From a virus (Duplodnaviria > Caudoviricetes), in the IMG/VR virus record IMGVR_UViG_2974512537_000001, positions 17,077 through 81,076 of that record: a stretch of 64,000 nt of DNA, one strand, 5' to 3'. This document shows positions 1 to 10,156 of the stretch, in pieces. The notes beneath the pieces were generated by a model. The model saw nothing but the letters and a program-made list of their open reading frames with translations, was not told the DNA's origin and did not search any database. Positions within the stretch are counted from its first letter, which is position 1, and each line of letters starts with the position of its first letter. Both the position numbers and the translations under genes were made by a program.

Positions 1-182
1 CATTGTCATCTGACCAATAGTCCTTGTTTTTGTCGAAAATTACAACGTCATCGGGGGACACATGCTTAAAACCAACGCTATCCAAATAATAAAATTCACC
101 GTCCAGCTTTACAATCTTTCGGTTAAGTTCTGTTTCACCATAGAAAGCGAAGAAACTTTTAATGTCCACAACAGATAAAACC

Positions 183-422
183 TTATTTCCTTTTCTTGTG
201 TAACCAATCATTTTTTGTTCTCTCCTTATCCTTATAAAAAATCTGACGTGTTTCACCGACTTCTGTGATGGCATACTTCACGTCATCGCCGGCCTTAGCT
301 TTCAATCCATCAATCGGATTATAATTACAGCTTTTCCAATAATTAGTGTACCAAGTCAGTTGGTTTGTCTGTGCCCAAGCTTTTGATTCACCAAGTGTTT
401 TGAATTTCTTTATTTCATTCAT
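183..422 (-). CDS. hypothetical protein
   Basis: 79 aa ORF, start overlaps the upstream gene end, same strand as neighbours. Confidence 0.6.
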   Translation of the reverse strand: MNEIKKFKTLGESKAWAQTNQLTWYTNYWKSCNYNPIDGLKAKAGDDVKYAITEVGETRQIFYKDKERTKNDWLHKKRK

Positions 423-747
423 TAAATTCCACTACCCCAGTAATTAGGAATGCTGTTGCTACGATTGCTACTAACCAAGCGGCACCATTACTAAAACCTG
501 CACCTGCACAGATAGCGAAACCAGCAACCCCAATTGCATAGAAAATCATGGCTGGAATGCTGAAAGTCAAACTGAACGTTTCTTTATTGATGGCCGACAA
601 CAAATACGTGTACAGTGTTGTCAAGACAATCATGAACACTGCGTGCTTAAATCCGGGGCCTTTTAGAATATCAGTATATTGGTATACAGTGTACAACACA
701 ATCCAGTAAGAAGCAAGTAGTGCAATCATTTTTAATAGTTTATTCAT
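415..747 (-). CDS. small multi-pass membrane protein
   Basis: About four hydrophobic segments; start moved to ATG 747 behind GAGGTG SD. Confidence 0.65.
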   Translation of the reverse strand: MNKLLKMIALLASYWIVLYTVYQYTDILKGPGFKHAVFMIVLTTLYTYLLSAINKETFSLTFSIPAMIFYAIGVAGFAICAGAGFSNGAAWLVAIVATAFLITGVVEFNE

Positions 748-1120
748 GGTAATCACCTCGATAGATAGTCGTATTAACGTCATAGCCGTGGTCTAACAGC
801 ATTTTCTTACCTTCGTCTGACATTACTGTGTAGCCACTGTTGATTTTGTGCGTGATGTAAAAGTAATTATAGAAAACCGAGGTTAACAAAATTCCCAAGA
901 TATTAATAAATGGATTAAAACCAGTAAAAACGTAAATCGCTAAAATTAATAGGAACCCTAGAAAATCACCTCGGAATAACGGAGCAATTGGCCCAAAGAA
1001 TGTAACCGTGAAAGATAGCCCTGATGGTGCCGATTTTGTCTTGCCTGTTCGTGGATTGAATAAATAAACTTTTCGGTTGGTATCATCAAATACCGTGCTT
1101 AGATACTTTTTAATCTTCAT
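740..1120 (-). CDS. membrane protein (DUF2628-like)
   Basis: GLSFTVTFFGPIAPLFRGD followed by TM helices; AGGAGG SD before ATG 1120. Confidence 0.6.
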   Translation of the reverse strand: MKIKKYLSTVFDDTNRKVYLFNPRTGKTKSAPSGLSFTVTFFGPIAPLFRGDFLGFLLILAIYVFTGFNPFINILGILLTSVFYNYFYITHKINSGYTVMSDEGKKMLLDHGYDVNTTIYRGDYHE

Positions 1121-1132
1121 TTTCAATTCCTC

Positions 1133-1306
1133 CTATAAACGTGTTTTAGCTTCAATTTTGTCTACACAATCTTTCGGGACGTTCGTAACCTGACCACAGA
1201 TAGAACAGTGCAAAACTGATAAACCTCCGAATGTTTTTAGCCAAGGCTGGTCAGTTACCAAAACCCAATGGTGTTTGTGTAATTTTGTTGGTTTCCTAAA
1301 TTTCAT
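1133..1306 (-). CDS. 57 aa putative Zn-binding protein (not in ORF track)
   Basis: Hand-translated MKFRKPTKLHKHHWV...LHCSICGQ...; GGAGGA SD upstream; HxH and CxxC motifs. Confidence 0.6.
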   Translation of the reverse strand: MKFRKPTKLHKHHWVLVTDQPWLKTFGGLSVLHCSICGQVTNVPKDCVDKIEAKTRL

Positions 1307-1309
1307 GAT

Positions 1310-1630
1310 TTATTTCCTCCAATCAACAGTTAAAAAGTGTTGTTCGCAAGGAATCCAAGCGGCCGGAAATAATTCGACCTTATAACCAAGTGATTTTAAC
1401 CACTTTTTGATTTCCTTGTAGTTCTTCAACAGTAAATCTTCTGGCTCAAAATATCCTTGACAATCTTGGTTTTTGTAGACAGAAATTGTGACATCAAAAC
1501 CAAAACCAGTCAGCGAAAGAATATCTCTCATTACCTTTTGTTTATCATCGTCTAGGCTACCCAGATTGCTTTTAGTTGCTTTACTTCTAACAGATAATTC
1601 GTAAGCCTCTGCTTGTGTTAGCTCTCGCAT
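1310..1630 (-). CDS. hypothetical protein
   Basis: AAGGAG SD upstream; preceded by a TTGACA-17-TAAAAT promoter. Confidence 0.65.
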   Translation of the reverse strand: MRELTQAEAYELSVRSKATKSNLGSLDDDKQKVMRDILSLTGFGFDVTISVYKNQDCQGYFEPEDLLLKNYKEIKKWLKSLGYKVELFPAAWIPCEQHFLTVDWRK

Positions 1631-1754
1631 TACTATCACTCCTTTTTTCTTATCACACTCTGTATTTTACCTGAATACATCGTCTATGTCAACCATTATT
1701 TAAAATAATCTTGATTTTTCATTCATATTACCTCTTCCCTTTAATTTATGAATC

Positions 1755-1785
1755 AATTATACTGCGTATTCTACCAAATGTCAAC
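1755..1785 (-). promoter_or_regulatory. sigma-A-like promoter
   Basis: TTGACA-17 nt-TATAAT on the minus strand. Confidence 0.75.
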
Positions 1786-1833
1786 ACTTTTTAAAAAATG
1801 CAAAAATAAAAAAGAGCATTTCTGCTCTTAATT

Positions 1834-3576
1834 TTAGAAGATGAAGTTATCTTTATTAACCCCGACCTCAACACCATCACTTTTAACTAATTTCTCAACA
1901 GTCAATGTCGGAATCGGTCGTCCAGTCCAGAAATTAAACCCTGCCGAACAAATAAAACTAAAACATTTATCGCCGAAGCCAGACTCGACATATCGTTTGA
2001 TTTCCTCATCAGCATTAAAGTCGTTAACTATAATATCCCCCAATGTGATTTTCAACCAATTATTCTTTAATGTGATATTTTGTTTCTCAACCTTTAGTCC
2101 AAGCACAGCTATAAGTGGCTCGTCTTTTGCGCCACGGAACGTTTTGGAACTTTGATAGATTGCTCTAATTTCTGCTACACTTGGCAATTCGTTAACTAAC
2201 GCTTCATCAACACGATAAACATAATCAGGAGCGTCATTGACGGCTATTCCAATCGCTTCTGAAACATCGTCAAACTGGTTAGCCTTAAAACCAACACCGA
2301 ATGCCTGCTCATGACCTGCGGCGAAAGCATTAACGCCTTGTAACAGTTGCAATCCATTAATTGTCACTGGAAAGCGTCCAGAACCGTCTAGGCGCTCACC
2401 GTTGCGTTTTACTACCAATGTTGGTTGCTTAGTATTGCCGAGCATTTTGTTCGCGACTAAACCAGAAATCCCTTTGTCGTATTTCTTGTCTAATACAGCT
2501 ACGTTGAAATCATCATTTCTGTTAGTGAGAAACTCAACGTCCCTTAGGGCCTTTTTAACAAGCCTATCTTGACGTCCTTTTACTTTATCCAGTGTTCGTT
2601 TTGCACGCTCGTATACGTCCATTTTGACGGTTTCTGTGTGGAATTTACCATCTTGTCCTTTATGACGAACACTCACGGGTTTTAATTCATCTTGGTCAAT
2701 CAAAGCGTCAAAGATAAGTTCGCGGTCTTCGTGTTCACCAATTCGTGACACAGCATTGATACGGGGTATTAAACTAAATTGCAAGTGTTTAACCGTAAGA
2801 AGTTCTAGGTCATCTTCAAAGAAAGTCGTCAACATTTTGCTGTTCATATTCGCTAACCCTTTTTGAACAATTTCCCAAATGTCTTTATCGTCCAGATTAC
2901 TCATATCTGCAATCTGTCCCAAGGCCGCCAAGTCATAATTAAGCTCAATATCGTACTTCTGCTTCCAGAGTTTAGTAACCAGTAATGCCATACCCGCACC
3001 AGTCAAGTTACGGTCTAATTCCGAATCTTGATATTGATTGCTACAAATCAAGAACTTGTCGGGGTTATCCAATAGATACGATTCCTGTTCCAGAATATGA
3101 TGGTCAATTACAATGCACTTTGTCCCATTCTTTTCCAGCTCTGCAATCGTGTGTAAATCGTTAGCTGAACTATCAGGCAAGAATAGATAATCATAATCTT
3201 TCTTGACCAAGTCAATGTTTGCTTTAATACCATGCAACTTAGCATTCGGAAGCAAAGTATCAATATCCAGCTTATTATTAATGGCTTTCAATGCCTTGTA
3301 AATAATTGCCGCAGAACAGAAACCATCAACGTCCACGTCCACTAGGATAGCTGTTTTTAGGTCGTGTCCGTGCAAGTCATCGGCTATCTTGCCCAACTTG
3401 TCTTTGTATGGCAAATCCTCAACATCAACAGAGCCATCGCTCGTGTTCCAGACGTTTTTCTTGCGGTATTCAATCGCTTGTTCAACAATATCGCCGACAT
3501 TTTTAGGTATAATTTCAATATTGAAACCATCAATTTGGTCGTTTGCTAAATCTTCATCACTTTTTACAATTCTCAT
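1834..3576 (-). CDS. recJ: RecJ-like ssDNA exonuclease (DHH family)
   Basis: DVDVDG, DHH, ADM, and GGH-equivalent AGHEQAFG motifs. Confidence 0.85.
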   Translation of the reverse strand: MRIVKSDEDLANDQIDGFNIEIIPKNVGDIVEQAIEYRKKNVWNTSDGSVDVEDLPYKDKLGKIADDLHGHDLKTAILVDVDVDGFCSAAIIYKALKAINNKLDIDTLLPNAKLHGIKANIDLVKKDYDYLFLPDSSANDLHTIAELEKNGTKCIVIDHHILEQESYLLDNPDKFLICSNQYQDSELDRNLTGAGMALLVTKLWKQKYDIELNYDLAALGQIADMSNLDDKDIWEIVQKGLANMNSKMLTTFFEDDLELLTVKHLQFSLIPRINAVSRIGEHEDRELIFDALIDQDELKPVSVRHKGQDGKFHTETVKMDVYERAKRTLDKVKGRQDRLVKKALRDVEFLTNRNDDFNVAVLDKKYDKGISGLVANKMLGNTKQPTLVVKRNGERLDGSGRFPVTINGLQLLQGVNAFAAGHEQAFGVGFKANQFDDVSEAIGIAVNDAPDYVYRVDEALVNELPSVAEIRAIYQSSKTFRGAKDEPLIAVLGLKVEKQNITLKNNWLKITLGDIIVNDFNADEEIKRYVESGFGDKCFSFICSAGFNFWTGRPIPTLTVEKLVKSDGVEVGVNKDNFIF

Positions 3577-4610
3577 AAACTCATTACCTTTCTAGTCTTC
3601 ATTAGTTTTAAAAATGTTTCTTTCCCACAATCAGTGGGGCTGTCCTTGTAACCAAGTAAACCGTCCACATCATCAAAAATAACTGTCACGTTGAATCTAA
3701 GCAATAGTTTGCTAAACATCTTCACAATCAAGTTGGCATGAATATTGTAGCCAACATCGTCTTTGTAGTCCTTATCAAGCCCGACAACTACTTCGTTGAT
3801 GTCCAGCTTCATCAACTCGCTTATCTGCCAATCAGAAATGCTTGACCCAGAAAGCGCTAAGCCATTACCGTGCCCGTTCATCATCGTATCTAACTGCATA
3901 ACCGACTTTTCAGATTCAAAGATAATCACCTGTTTTGTCCTCATGATTGTTTCCTTGTTCTGGAATAAACCATACCAGTTAAGGCTGGTCGGGAACGACA
4001 ATGTCTTACCCCTAAATGTTACTGGCCGATACTTACCATACATTTCAACCTCATAATCATCTAAGCTTCGCCCACGAATCCCAATCAATTCACCATATTT
4101 ATCGACTTGTGGGATTATCACTTTATTATCAGGGATTGAGAACCGAATGCCGAACTTTGCTTGCGTTTCAGCACTAATCCCCTCATTCACCCAGCCCTCA
4201 TAGGCATAATTGCTATAAGAACTTAAAATCTCAGCACTCAGCCTTTTTATGTCAGCAGAGCTTTTGTTCTCATGCCTCTTTTCAAGTTGCTTTGCTGGAT
4301 TATATAGCTCCTGTGCCACAAAACCAACTTGATGGCGCCTACCAACAATCATGTCAAGTTCATTCTGGGCTGTATGGTAATCGCAATTTTTGTAGTGCAT
4401 AATTAATCCGACCAAGCTCATAGAACCGCAACTTGAATAACAATAGAGATTAACGGAATCGTCATCATCAAAATAAGCATACAATTTAAAGTTACCACTC
4501 CCATCAGGGTGGTGGCAGTAAGTTCTCAATTGATAATTTCCGTTTCCCTCCCGATAATCAAGACCATAATAATCAATGACTTTGTTTAAATCACTCTTAA
4601 AATATTTCAT
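3573..4610 (-). CDS. DNA primase (Zn-binding + TOPRIM)
   Basis: CHH...CYSSC Zn domain; IFESEKS and GLDKD TOPRIM motifs; adjacent to helicase. Confidence 0.85.
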   Translation of the reverse strand: MKYFKSDLNKVIDYYGLDYREGNGNYQLRTYCHHPDGSGNFKLYAYFDDDDSVNLYCYSSCGSMSLVGLIMHYKNCDYHTAQNELDMIVGRRHQVGFVAQELYNPAKQLEKRHENKSSADIKRLSAEILSSYSNYAYEGWVNEGISAETQAKFGIRFSIPDNKVIIPQVDKYGELIGIRGRSLDDYEVEMYGKYRPVTFRGKTLSFPTSLNWYGLFQNKETIMRTKQVIIFESEKSVMQLDTMMNGHGNGLALSGSSISDWQISELMKLDINEVVVGLDKDYKDDVGYNIHANLIVKMFSKLLLRFNVTVIFDDVDGLLGYKDSPTDCGKETFLKLMKTRKVMSL

Positions 4611-4621
4611 TTTTCATACCT

Positions 4622-6226
4622 CTAAAAGACTAAATCTTCATCGACACCGAACTTTCCATCACTACCAACTGTGATTTTAGTTCTCGGCACATCGACCAAG
4701 TTATAATTATAATCAGTCACGAACAACGGATAGCTATATAGCGTACCTAGGTTTGTGTACGTCCAAATAACTACCGATTTCTTTCCAAGACGGTTCTTGT
4801 AGATAAAGTGTCCCATGTTTGGTTCTAAACCGTAAGGGTTAACGTCTGAATTATTAATCAGGTTTTCCAAATTCTTTAAGTCTTTTCCGTTTGCCTCTGC
4901 TGAAATTACGCCAACGTCAATCTTATCAGCAATTGATTTGGAATCACGTAAGGCACGTTCTGTACGTGAGTATTCGTAATCCAGCTCACCAGATGGGCTA
5001 ATCTGCGTTGCTGATTGAATAAAAATATCGAGTTCCTTAGCCTTGGAACGAAGCTTGTCAGTCAAAGCTAACAAGATACGGTCGTCACGAATATCGCGTC
5101 CGCCGTAAAGTTCGGAACCAGTCCGCAATAGCTTAGGAACTGCTTGGATATAATCAAAGTTGACATATTTCACATCATAGTTAAAAACATATTCGTCAAT
5201 AATTGACATGACATCGTCAATACTGAAATCTTGGATTTCCTTGAAGTGCATTGGCGAATCGTGCAAAACCTTAGCGGCATGAGCAATGGTCTTCTTGGTT
5301 ATCGGGTCGTAGTTACCACGCCGAATAACTTCTGGTGTTAAATTAGTGATTGCCGACAACAGAATCATTTGAATTTCATGTTTATCCAACTCTGTTGAGA
5401 TAAATAAAGATGGCTCAACGTCATCATTTTTAACCCACTTTTTAGTATGCCAATTGTATTGTTCTGTGATGGACACGTTAATCAGGTCTGTAAGCCCTAA
5501 ACGGGTCTTCCCACCACCAGTTTTCATTGAACGCAAGAATAGCTTTCCGAGTTGCATACCACCCGTTAGAGAGTTCATGAAACCATCTTTAAAGCCGTAA
5601 CCATATTGAGGGGCGTCATTGATATGTTCAATAAAGTCCTCAATATCATCGCCAGCAGAGAAAGATGATGAATTATTTTGCCAATCTGAAACTTCATTTC
5701 TAATACCACTGACGATTTGAGTAAAGTGGTTGACAATGTCTTCCTCCGATAATTGACTAAGCCGTTTTTGTTGGTCTTCCAACAGCTTAACGTCCTCAGT
5801 GTGAATATCATAAATATCGCTAATGTCGATACCTTTTTCTGCAAACTTACGAAGCACCGTCATCTTCTTTAGATAATGGTAGTTTGAGTTAAACGTACCA
5901 ACGTTGGCGTTGTCTTTTGCCGATTGAATGTAATCAATCCCCTTAGCAGAAGTAAAGATTGAATGATACTGTTCAAACTGCGTCAAGTACGTGTCAACGT
6001 CAATTGCTGATATTTCTTTTAAGTGTTGCGATTCTTTAATAATATTGTTGATTGCAAAGAAGATAATGCGGTGAACTTTGTTCTGAAAATCTTCTTTGTC
6101 CAAGCATACGTTATCTGAAAGTAATTTTTCCGGGTTATTTAATAGGACACCCAAAACTCCAAAAATCTGGCTTTGTGGGATTAATGCCTTTAATTCGTTT
6201 TGGTTAATCAAATAAATCATCTCCAT
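4622..6226 (-). CDS. DnaB-like replicative helicase
   Basis: Walker A TGGGKT; FISTEL, FDYIQ, ATQI and DKID motifs of SF4 helicases. Confidence 0.85.
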   Translation of the reverse strand: MEMIYLINQNELKALIPQSQIFGVLGVLLNNPEKLLSDNVCLDKEDFQNKVHRIIFFAINNIIKESQHLKEISAIDVDTYLTQFEQYHSIFTSAKGIDYIQSAKDNANVGTFNSNYHYLKKMTVLRKFAEKGIDISDIYDIHTEDVKLLEDQQKRLSQLSEEDIVNHFTQIVSGIRNEVSDWQNNSSSFSAGDDIEDFIEHINDAPQYGYGFKDGFMNSLTGGMQLGKLFLRSMKTGGGKTRLGLTDLINVSITEQYNWHTKKWVKNDDVEPSLFISTELDKHEIQMILLSAITNLTPEVIRRGNYDPITKKTIAHAAKVLHDSPMHFKEIQDFSIDDVMSIIDEYVFNYDVKYVNFDYIQAVPKLLRTGSELYGGRDIRDDRILLALTDKLRSKAKELDIFIQSATQISPSGELDYEYSRTERALRDSKSIADKIDVGVISAEANGKDLKNLENLINNSDVNPYGLEPNMGHFIYKNRLGKKSVVIWTYTNLGTLYSYPLFVTDYNYNLVDVPRTKITVGSDGKFGVDEDLVF

Positions 6227-6677
6227 TTATTTCCTTGATTTGCTTATGTCTGCGTTCTGGCTTAGCTATTACTACGACCGCTTCTCTCCCAGTTGCTTGA
6301 TTGTCATTCTTGCTATCCTCTTTATAGCTAGAACAACTGTCATAGTAATGCTTAATTAGGCCAATTCCGTATTTTCTTTCAAATACAATTCCTTTTTCCT
6401 TTTTAAGCCACGTTGCCGTGCGATACATGCCCTCATATGTCATACCAATTTTACGATATTTCTTGATTTGGTTCTCAACAATCGCTGGAAGATAAGGACT
6501 GCCCTTATAATCTCCTAGCAATAATATTGTGAGTGACGTCCTGAACTCATAATCACTCATCACTTCATTTAAACATTTATCACAATAGTTTTTGCCGTGA
6601 AACTCTGTTAATTCGTCTTTAGGGTGTTTAATTCCTTGCTTGTAGCAATTAGGCCCGTAGCAAGTTATTAATCTCAT
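6204..6677 (-). CDS. hypothetical Zn-binding replication accessory protein
   Basis: CYGPNC...CDKC; coupled to the helicase gene. Confidence 0.6.
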   Translation of the reverse strand: MRLITCYGPNCYKQGIKHPKDELTEFHGKNYCDKCLNEVMSDYEFRTSLTILLLGDYKGSPYLPAIVENQIKKYRKIGMTYEGMYRTATWLKKEKGIVFERKYGIGLIKHYYDSCSSYKEDSKNDNQATGREAVVVIAKPERRHKQIKEINGDDLFD

Positions 6678-6761
6678 GTACCATCAATCCTTTCTTTTAC
6701 TATACAAGTATTATAACACAAAAAAACACGCCTTGCAAGCGTGTTTTCAAACTTTTTAATT

Positions 6762-6962
6762 CTATTCGTCTGATGATGGTGAACAGAAAATCATTGGAGC
6801 CACAATCGACAGGATATAACCAGTGACTCCAGCTCGGAGTGCTAGAGCAAGCGAAACATTAAAGCCCCATAATGCGCCAAGAACTGCCGCTACGATACCG
6901 TAGAATACTACCATCAATGCCGCTACCAATAAGAAAGTCAAAATATTAATTAAAGTGTCCAT
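6762..6962 (-). CDS. small membrane protein
   Basis: Two hydrophobic helices. Confidence 0.6.
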   Translation of the reverse strand: MDTLINILTFLLVAALMVVFYGIVAAVLGALWGFNVSLALALRAGVTGYILSIVAPMIFCSPSSDE

Positions 6963-7669
6963 TATTTTAAAACTCCTCGCTTCTCTCGTGTATTTTTAAT
7001 TTCGTCAAATTCTGAATCAGTCAAGTAACCTAAATCAACTAACGTTTTTTCAATCGTGTCTAAAACAATAATCCTATCTTCGGTGCTGTTCACAAAGTCG
7101 TACTTGTTTCTGTCGATTCTAACAATTGGTGCTTCGCTGTAAGAATCAGCCCAGTTCTTAAAACCATCATTAATTGAGTGGTAGTATTCAATCAGTGCCG
7201 GGTCAGTCGTTTCCATTGTACGATTGCGTTCTAAGATACTCTTAATCTCATTCTCTGGGGAAATATCTAAGAACACATATAAGTCTGGATAATGTCCTTT
7301 TGGTTCCGCACTAACTGAATCTAACATGTGGCGCAATAACTTCAAATATAAGAAATATTCTTGGTCTGTCGTTTCGCCACGGTCGTGAATAACTTTGTAG
7401 ACAATCGAATCCGCAACCAAATTGGAGTCCATGACAGCACGGTCTTGCACGACAGCTTCTCGTAGTTGTGAGAAACGTTCATCGAGCCATGCGATTTGCA
7501 AAGGAAAACCATACTTCTTACGAGTTTCTTTACCACCAGAATAATAATCCTTTAGAATCGGAATAGCATATGGGTCTTCCAAATATTTTTTTGCACTCAA
7601 ATCTTCGCCTAAAATTTTTACCAACGAGCTCTTTCCAGCCCCGAATGCGGCCATAATATTGATTAACAA
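6962..7669 (-). CDS. deoxynucleoside kinase
   Basis: P-loop AAFGAGKSS, YLEDP, LQIAWLDERF, PDLYVFLD and R-x-R lid typical of the dNK family. Confidence 0.85.
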   Translation of the reverse strand: MLINIMAAFGAGKSSLVKILGEDLSAKKYLEDPYAIPILKDYYSGGKETRKKYGFPLQIAWLDERFSQLREAVVQDRAVMDSNLVADSIVYKVIHDRGETTDQEYFLYLKLLRHMLDSVSAEPKGHYPDLYVFLDISPENEIKSILERNRTMETTDPALIEYYHSINDGFKNWADSYSEAPIVRIDRNKYDFVNSTEDRIIVLDTIEKTLVDLGYLTDSEFDEIKNTREKRGVLK

Positions 7670-7687
7670 ATTGATTCCCTGTCCTTT

Positions 7688-8185
7688 CTATTTTCTGATT
7701 GAGATTTCCAAATTAACAAACTTATCATTACTGCACGTGTTAAAGAACTTCATCAATTGCTTCTTAGAATAGCAAACAGGCTGGTCAGTGCAAACAATAA
7801 AGTTTAGTGAATTAATATATGCCGGAACGCCATCTAAGGTTAAACGACACGTATCACTATCTTGTACAGCCTCATCAACATACATGGCAATCTGCTGACC
7901 ATCGTAATAACGTTGTTTGAATTGAAGCATACGGTCAAAACCATCTTGTTTTCTTAATGACTGTTCAAATTGCTTCCAGCGTTCAGCATACTGGGTAATT
8001 TTGTCAAGTTCTAAAATAATATCATCTTTGCGTCCAGCTCTGGTAGCGTACTTCATAACGTTAAAACGGTAAGCGCCACGCATTTCGTCTTCTGGTAAGA
8101 TATGTTCAAGGTGCGACAACAAGTCCTGACCATCTTTTTGATAGTGTGCTGGAACCGCACTTTCATTACTGAATTTTAATTTCAT
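7688..8185 (-). CDS. DUF3310-like protein
   Basis: PAHYQ...GAYRFNVMKYATRAGRKD..ELDK signature. Confidence 0.7.
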   Translation of the reverse strand: MKLKFSNESAVPAHYQKDGQDLLSHLEHILPEDEMRGAYRFNVMKYATRAGRKDDIILELDKITQYAERWKQFEQSLRKQDGFDRMLQFKQRYYDGQQIAMYVDEAVQDSDTCRLTLDGVPAYINSLNFIVCTDQPVCYSKKQLMKFFNTCSNDKFVNLEISIRK

Positions 8186-8450
8186 AATCGTCCAACCCCA
8201 TTTCTTTAGTTTGTCCATCTTCTTTAAATCCCTCTAGCGCAATTGCTTTACCACTACCATAGATAGTTGTCACTCGTTCGTAGCCCTCATCGACCAATTG
8301 CTTCGATAATACTATGGATAAAATTGAAGTTTTATTCAGAATTACATCTTGTCCCTCTATCTTAAAAAGCGACATAAAGTATTCAAGACGGTTTGAATCA
8401 GCTTCTAATTCCTCATATTCGTCTGGACTCATAATGATTCGCTTTTCCAT
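8166..8450 (-). CDS. hypothetical protein
   Basis: GGAGGA SD; first gene behind the minus-strand promoter at about 8485-8515. Confidence 0.65.
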   Translation of the reverse strand: MEKRIIMSPDEYEELEADSNRLEYFMSLFKIEGQDVILNKTSILSIVLSKQLVDEGYERVTTIYGSGKAIALEGFKEDGQTKEMGLDDYEIKIQ

Positions 8451-8617
8451 CGCTATTTCCTCCTTTTTTGAATGTGACTATATAATAGCATGATTCTAAC
8501 ACAAAGTCAATAGTAAATTGCAAAAAAAGATAAAAATATTTTTTAGTTGACAAGAAAAGACCGTTGTGATAAGGTGATACCGTAGCGCAAAAAAGTTTAA
8601 AAAGCTAGTAAAAACTC

Positions 8618-8646
8618 TTGACAAACTTGAAAAAATGTGCTATTGT
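8618..8646 (+). promoter_or_regulatory. sigma-A-like promoter driving the large ncRNA candidate
   Basis: TTGACA(8618)-17 nt-TATTGT(8641). Confidence 0.7.
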
Positions 8647-8652
8647 ATAGAC

Positions 8653-9445
8653 ATAAAATAAATGAAAACTTAATAAGCACCAGATATTCAGCGCAGAAAA
8701 CCTACTGCGTTACTAACAAATAGGTAAGTGCCGGTATTGCTTTAGGAGATTTGAAGTAATACTGGTTGCGTCAAGGGGTAAAATTTCCGAAGCCTCTAAT
8801 CGTATGATGAAAGCTAAGTCCTTATGAAATGGATATGCTAAAGACGGAATGGAAAAGGGTCAGGGTTCGGCTGGCTTGTACGCAAATAGGCTCTGGTAGA
8901 TATGAGTTCTACGAAGTTTCCTACTAATCGGCAACAGCACTTAACTCACTCTGTAAGGCAAACTAGAATAATGCGAAAGCTAAGCTACTTGGACAGATGA
9001 CGTAGTAGTAGAAAGCTAGTGATTAGTTGAAATACTAATCAAGGATAAATCTCCCGTGAGGCGACACTATCAGCGTTGCGAACAACTCACAGTCTTTTGT
9101 TTCTTAGTCAGTGTATTAGTCTACACTTTTTACATGAGCTAAGGCAAAGGACTGTTCAGCTCAACAAATCGCATTACAAACAGCGGTGAATCATAACTTG
9201 TTCTAACTAGAAATTACATCAAACAAATCAAACAACGTCAATCTAAATATTAATTGGTTTTGGGTTTTCGGGTTGGTGACACATATGTGTGTGTCACAGT
9301 TGGTGCTGGACTAATAACGCTTATCATATACTAGCGTGACGTAGCCCGAAACACATTTTGAAAGCTGACTCTACGGCAGGAACGCTATTCAGTTGACATA
9401 CACCAGACATGAGCGGTTTCTAAGCGAAAGCGTAGTGTACAATAC
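8653..9445 (+). ncRNA. large structured ncRNA candidate (GOLLD/ROOL class; family not confirmed)
   Basis: No ORF >=60 aa; own promoter and terminator; many stems with G-U pairs and GNRA loops (8731-8765, 9021-9040, 9089-9155, 9263-9352, about 9399-9439). Confidence 0.7.
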
Positions 9446-9494
9446 TTAATAGAAAAGACACATGATTTTTAATACAATATGATACATAACTAAC

Positions 9495-9549
9495 CAGCAT
9501 ATCCATAGATACGAATATACAATCGTATTTTAAGGTATGCTGTTTTTTT
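9495..9549 (+). terminator. intrinsic terminator
   Basis: CAGCATATC...GGTATGCTG stem followed by a T7 run. Confidence 0.65.
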
Positions 9550-9648
9550 ATTATCACCTCAATAACATATTAACAGTAAAAAACACTTGCAATCTTATTT
9601 ATTTTGTGCTACAATATATAATATAGAAACGCAATAAATGATAAAGGA

Positions 9649-9840
9649 GTGATTATCTTGTTTTCTGTTGGTGATTTTGTTAAAGTTAAAAATACAGATA
9701 TTTATGGAGTTGTAGTCGCACTAATCAATGTATTCGATGTAGCTCAACATACAGACGATATGTTGGCTATTTCTATTACTGGTTCCACCGAAACAAAGTT
9801 ATTTAATCGAAGCAGTGTAGAAAAAATCTTACCAGAATAA
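9649..9840 (+). CDS. hypothetical protein (small beta-barrel-like)
   Basis: AAGGAG SD; FSVGDFVKVK pattern; promoter upstream. Confidence 0.6.
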   Translation: MIILFSVGDFVKVKNTDIYGVVVALINVFDVAQHTDDMLAISITGSTETKLFNRSSVEKILPE

Positions 9841-9912
9841 TTTAAAAAATCTTGACATAAAAGTCACTTTTTGTTATAATGTATTTATAAATGATAAGGA
9901 GTTGGAAATTCA

Positions 9913-10155
9913 ATGAGAGAAATTAAGAATAATACTGTCAACATTGGTGGCAGAGAATTGTGTTTATCAGATTTGTGCCAGGTAGTATCAGTTAGTGATG
10001 ATATGCCGCTTCTTATCACGCAATGGTTCGACTTTATCGGAAGCCGTGATGAATGCTGGGATATGGTTAATACTACCGATGTTGTTCCACAGAAAGGTTC
10101 TCATCTGTCTGTCGTGACAAGTAAATGGAGTACGGTAGAACGGGAGGATTGGTAA
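9913..10155 (+). CDS. hypothetical protein
   Basis: AAGGAG SD; TTGACA/TATAAT promoter at about 9852. Confidence 0.65.
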   Translation: MREIKNNTVNIGGRELCLSDLCQVVSVSDDMPLLITQWFDFIGSRDECWDMVNTTDVVPQKGSHLSVVTSKWSTVEREDW

Positions 10156-10156
10156 T

